This document shows, piece after piece, positions 61,263-64,000 of a DNA stretch of 64,000 bases. A model generated the notes under the pieces. It saw only the letters and a program-made list of their open reading frames with translations, had not been told where the DNA came from and did not search any database. The stretch covers positions 53,943 to 117,942 of the forward strand of contig JANWXQ010000105.1 of assembly GCA_025057275.1 (NCBI GenBank), written 5' to 3'. This stretch comes from Chitinophagales bacterium (GTDB lineage: Bacteria > Bacteroidota > Bacteroidia > Chitinophagales > UBA10324). How positions within the stretch are numbered: the first letter of the stretch is position 1; each line of letters opens with the position of its first letter. A program made the translations under genes and the position numbers.

Positions 61263-64000
61263 TTAACGACCGGTGAGAACCATCGGTATCCGAAAGATGC
61301 CTGCAGCCGTGTGCGCAACCACAACCACGTTCCCACTACCAATGTCCTGCGGCAGCGCTACGGTTGCTGTTCCTTTACCCCCCCTTAACTCCAGCTGCAC
61401 CCGGTGCACCGGCTGGCCCAGCAGATTGTACACGACCACCGGAGCGGTTTCGTAAACCGGCCGCTTCAGGTCAACTTCCAAAATAAACAATCCCGAGTTG
61501 GGATTGGGATAAGCGCGCAGCAGGTCATGAATCGTCAGGTCAGGAAAACCTATGCTCGTATCCGGTGTAAAAGAAATTTCCAGCTCAAAATAACCTTCCA
61601 AAACATCGTGGCCTTCCACTACTACGTAATAAATGGCCGCGTCTCCGCTGTGGTAAATGCTGTCCGAGGCATAAATCCCCTGACAGAAAATGCCGTCGTT
61701 GTCGTTAGCGGAAACAACATTTCCGTAAGCATCTAAAATATGAATATACGTATCCAATCCGTTTGTATTGCAGGTGGACACCTTCAGTCCGCCGGGCTTG
61801 TTCAGCGACACCTGAAAGAACACATCCGGCGACGGCTGATTGTCCGGACCGGTAAAGGCATCGGTGAAGCAATGGCTGCTCAGATTGTTGCCGGAGTAAT
61901 TCCAGGGCAGAGCAGAAACGCTTATGGGCAGAGCCTGCGTGTTGCCTGCCGGTTCAGCAATGGCCTGAACCCACGCCGCATCGGAAGGCACTGTCGAGGC
62001 GCCGCACGTTACCTGACAACGATAATAGGTGGGCTGACTGACCGTAGCGAAGTACACCGTTTCCGTTGCCCCGCTGATGGGAGTCCAGTTAAACCCGTCA
62101 GCCGATTGCTCCCACTGATAGGTTTGCCCAAGCCCTATGCTGTTGCCGGTCAGCGTTAGTTGCACGTTTTGCAGAGGGAAATCAAAAGAGCAGGCTTCGG
62201 CAACCGATGCCACTGCCGACCCCGCCGTTGGCGGATCAATACAAGGCGGCAGGGTAATCAGGTTAATGACCAGGTCCTCGGTTTCACCGTAGCTGCTGAT
62301 GGCACAAGGAGGGGGCGCTGTATTGGTTTCATGCAGCAGAATGCGCATGCCGGTTAGTCCCGCTGTCGTTCCTGATGGCGGCAAAAAGTTGAATGCAGGC
62401 AGGCTGCCCGGCAGGGAAACCGGTCCGTACTGATACACCAGTTCATTAATGTCCAGAAAATCGCCGTCTTTGTTGTAATCAATAAACACACTCAGATACG
62501 ATGGATAAGGATCGCCCGTGCAGGATCCGTTTACCAGGGTTACGGCATTGGTTGTGTTCAGATAAACATCCACAGGTTGCAGGTGCTGGGTGTAGGTTTG
62601 GCATAATGCGGGCGCAGAAGCAAAAACATGGCCGTTTAGGATAACGGTGTCCAGCTTGGTGTCTTCGGCCTGTGTGGCATAGGAGGGACAATAACAGAAA
62701 TAAAACGGCTGAAGCGTGACCTGCACCGGAACCGAATTCTGCGTTAAGCCTCCGGAGCAACTGATGCGGCAACGATAATACATAGCCTGCGTTACCGATG
62801 CTACGGTATAAATCAGACTGGTGGCGCCCGTTATACTTGACCAGTTCACGTTGTCGGATGACGATTGCCATTGGTAGGTAAGTCCGGAGACAGCAGGATA
62901 GTTATCCAGCGAAAGCGTCACGCTCTTGCCGGCACATACTGCAGCCGGTGAGGCCACCGTAGTTCCAGCTGACCAGGGCGTAGATACGCATGACGTTACC
63001 GATCCGATCTGTACCAGATAATCTTCGGTTTCGCCGCGGCTGTATCCGCCACAGTAACCGGCCGGATCCTGCTCACTGAGCACCAGCCGCATGCGCGTTA
63101 ACCCCGGCTGTGCCGTGGTGGGTGGCACAAAAGTGATTTCATTGAAACCGTTAAGCTGCGATACCGGTCCACCGCTGTACACCAGCTCATTGCCCGATCC
63201 GAAATCGGAGTTCTGATTGTAATCAATGTACACATTAAGAAAAACGTCATATGCCTGACCGGTGCAGGAGCCGTTGAACACACGCAATTTTTGCGGCACT
63301 CCCGGCGTGAGCAGGGGTGCAGGCAGGGCTGTATAGTCCGTGTAAGTTTCGCACAACGTGCCGCTGCTGCCGCTAACCAGAACACCCAGCTTCACCGAAT
63401 CAATCTTGCTGTCCTGACTGCTGAATGCATACGACGGGCAATAACAGAGATAATGCGGTTTCATCGTTACCTGCACCGCTCCTGATGTGGCTGATTGTCC
63501 AGACAGCGAGCAGGTAACCTGACAGCGGTAGTACTTGGCTGCTGTTTGTGTGGCGTTGTAAAAGGCGCCGGTCGCTCCGGTAATGTTGGTATAATTGGTG
63601 CCGTTGGTGGACGACTGCCATTGGTAGGTTAAGCCTCCGGCATTGCTGATGCCGCTGAGGCTCAGCACAAATACACTGTCTTTACAAACCGGATTTTGAG
63701 AAGATATCGCACTTCCTGCATTGGGGATTCCGCTGCAGGCATTCAAAAAGGTAAGCCGAACATTAGGGCGCATGCTCCGCACCAATCCAAAGTCCTTGGG
63801 TTCGCTGAGATCATTGTACCAATATTGACAGCGGCCCGTTGCCAAGCTTTGCCTGAATTGCTTGGCCGTCATGGTTTCTCCGCCGTAACCTCCGTAATTG
63901 GTTTCTACAAAAACCTCCAGATTGGCATTTCCTAGATAAAATGATGTGCTTAGCGAAACGGTTACCCAGTTGTTTGCTGCCAGCATAGCTGCAGTAACCG
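61263..64000 (-). CDS. Large modular T9SS-sorted surface protein (Ig-like YQWQ modules, GEVED-like domains, PPC-like domain); partial, N-terminus beyond the right window edge
   Basis: The frame stays open upstream of the first listed Met (63986) to the window edge. Three modules of type C...GLTYQWQSS..G.NW..I.GAT...Y.......YYRC.V.C are present. Two following domains end in GETEDY/GETEDL (GEVED-like). A PPC-like segment is AIYYVVVEGHD...YFELEISF. The T9SS CTD is AYPNPNSGLFILEV...VVVYNLLGQPV. Confidence 0.8.
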   Translation of the reverse strand, partial: VTAAMLAANNWVTVSLSTSFYLGNANLEVFVETNYGGYGGETMTAKQFRQSLATGRCQYWYNDLSEPKDFGLVRSMRPNVRLTFLNACSGIPNAGSAISSQNPVCKDSVFVLSLSGISNAGGLTYQWQSSTNGTNYTNITGATGAFYNATQTAAKYYRCQVTCSLSGQSATSGAVQVTMKPHYLCYCPSYAFSSQDSKIDSVKLGVLVSGSSGTLCETYTDYTALPAPLLTPGVPQKLRVFNGSCTGQAYDVFLNVYIDYNQNSDFGSGNELVYSGGPVSQLNGFNEITFVPPTTAQPGLTRMRLVLSEQDPAGYCGGYSRGETEDYLVQIGSVTSCVSTPWSAGTTVASPAAVCAGKSVTLSLDNYPAVSGLTYQWQSSSDNVNWSSITGATSLIYTVASVTQAMYYRCRISCSGGLTQNSVPVQVTLQPFYFCYCPSYATQAEDTKLDTVILNGHVFASAPALCQTYTQHLQPVDVYLNTTNAVTLVNGSCTGDPYPSYLSVFIDYNKDGDFLDINELVYQYGPVSLPGSLPAFNFLPPSGTTAGLTGMRILLHETNTAPPPCAISSYGETEDLVINLITLPPCIDPPTAGSAVASVAEACSFDFPLQNVQLTLTGNSIGLGQTYQWEQSADGFNWTPISGATETVYFATVSQPTYYRCQVTCGASTVPSDAAWVQAIAEPAGNTQALPISVSALPWNYSGNNLSSHCFTDAFTGPDNQPSPDVFFQVSLNKPGGLKVSTCNTNGLDTYIHILDAYGNVVSANDNDGIFCQGIYASDSIYHSGDAAIYYVVVEGHDVLEGYFELEISFTPDTSIGFPDLTIHDLLRAYPNPNSGLFILEVDLKRPVYETAPVVVYNLLGQPVHRVQLELRGGKGTATVALPQDIGSGNVVVVAHTAAGIFRIPMVLTGR

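Noticed and set aside
1-64000. Search for CRISPR arrays, tRNA/rRNA genes, IS elements, integrases, phage genes, toxin-antitoxin pairs or known defence-system genes
   Set aside because: I found none by eye. Intergenic gaps are almost all under 220 nt. I saw no spaced direct repeats, and no ORF carries transposase, recombinase, nuclease-helicase or reverse-transcriptase motifs. A computational scan (tRNAscan, Infernal, CRISPR finders, defence-system HMMs) would be needed to exclude small elements.

Overview
This 64-kb chromosomal segment looks like a Bacteroidota genome. Three proteins end in T9SS C-terminal sorting domains, the ribosomal genes run rplM-rpsI-rpsB-tsf, several genes have TAnnTTTG-type -7 motifs upstream, and there is a fused E1 alpha/beta dehydrogenase. 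The window is gene-dense, with about 55 protein genes, most of them housekeeping: ileS (partial at the left edge and absent from the supplied ORF track), an MMPL-type transporter, mfd, the ribosomal cluster, nadB/csp/nadD, TetR-paaABCD, aat, comM, dusB, a CPBP-DUF2007-cdsA-psd operon, an ABC-2 transporter, an M28/glutaminyl-cyclase-like lipoprotein, glgA-glgC, LPS/glycan genes, meaB, folK, an AsmA-like protein, recQ, kpsF, manC, msrB and acpH. I found no rRNA, tRNA, CRISPR array, transposase, integrase or phage-like gene, and no recognisable defence system. The observations most worth a second look are: (1) a translationally coupled three-gene membrane glycosylation module at 56424-59930 (DPM1-like GT2, membrane-embedded D,D,D,QxxRW GT2, GT-C/DUF2029-like protein), back to back with manC and kpsF; (2) a frameshifted GT2 gene inside an AT-rich surface-polysaccharide islet; (3) a perfect 14-bp palindrome just upstream of a TetR-paaABCD operon that lacks paaE; (4) a secreted 364-aa protein built from about ten tandem ~35-aa repeats that I cannot place in a family; (5) three modular T9SS cargo proteins. 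All functional calls rest on motif recognition by eye. No database search was run, and several start codons are uncertain because the ORF track uses the longest ORFs, including TTG/GTG starts.
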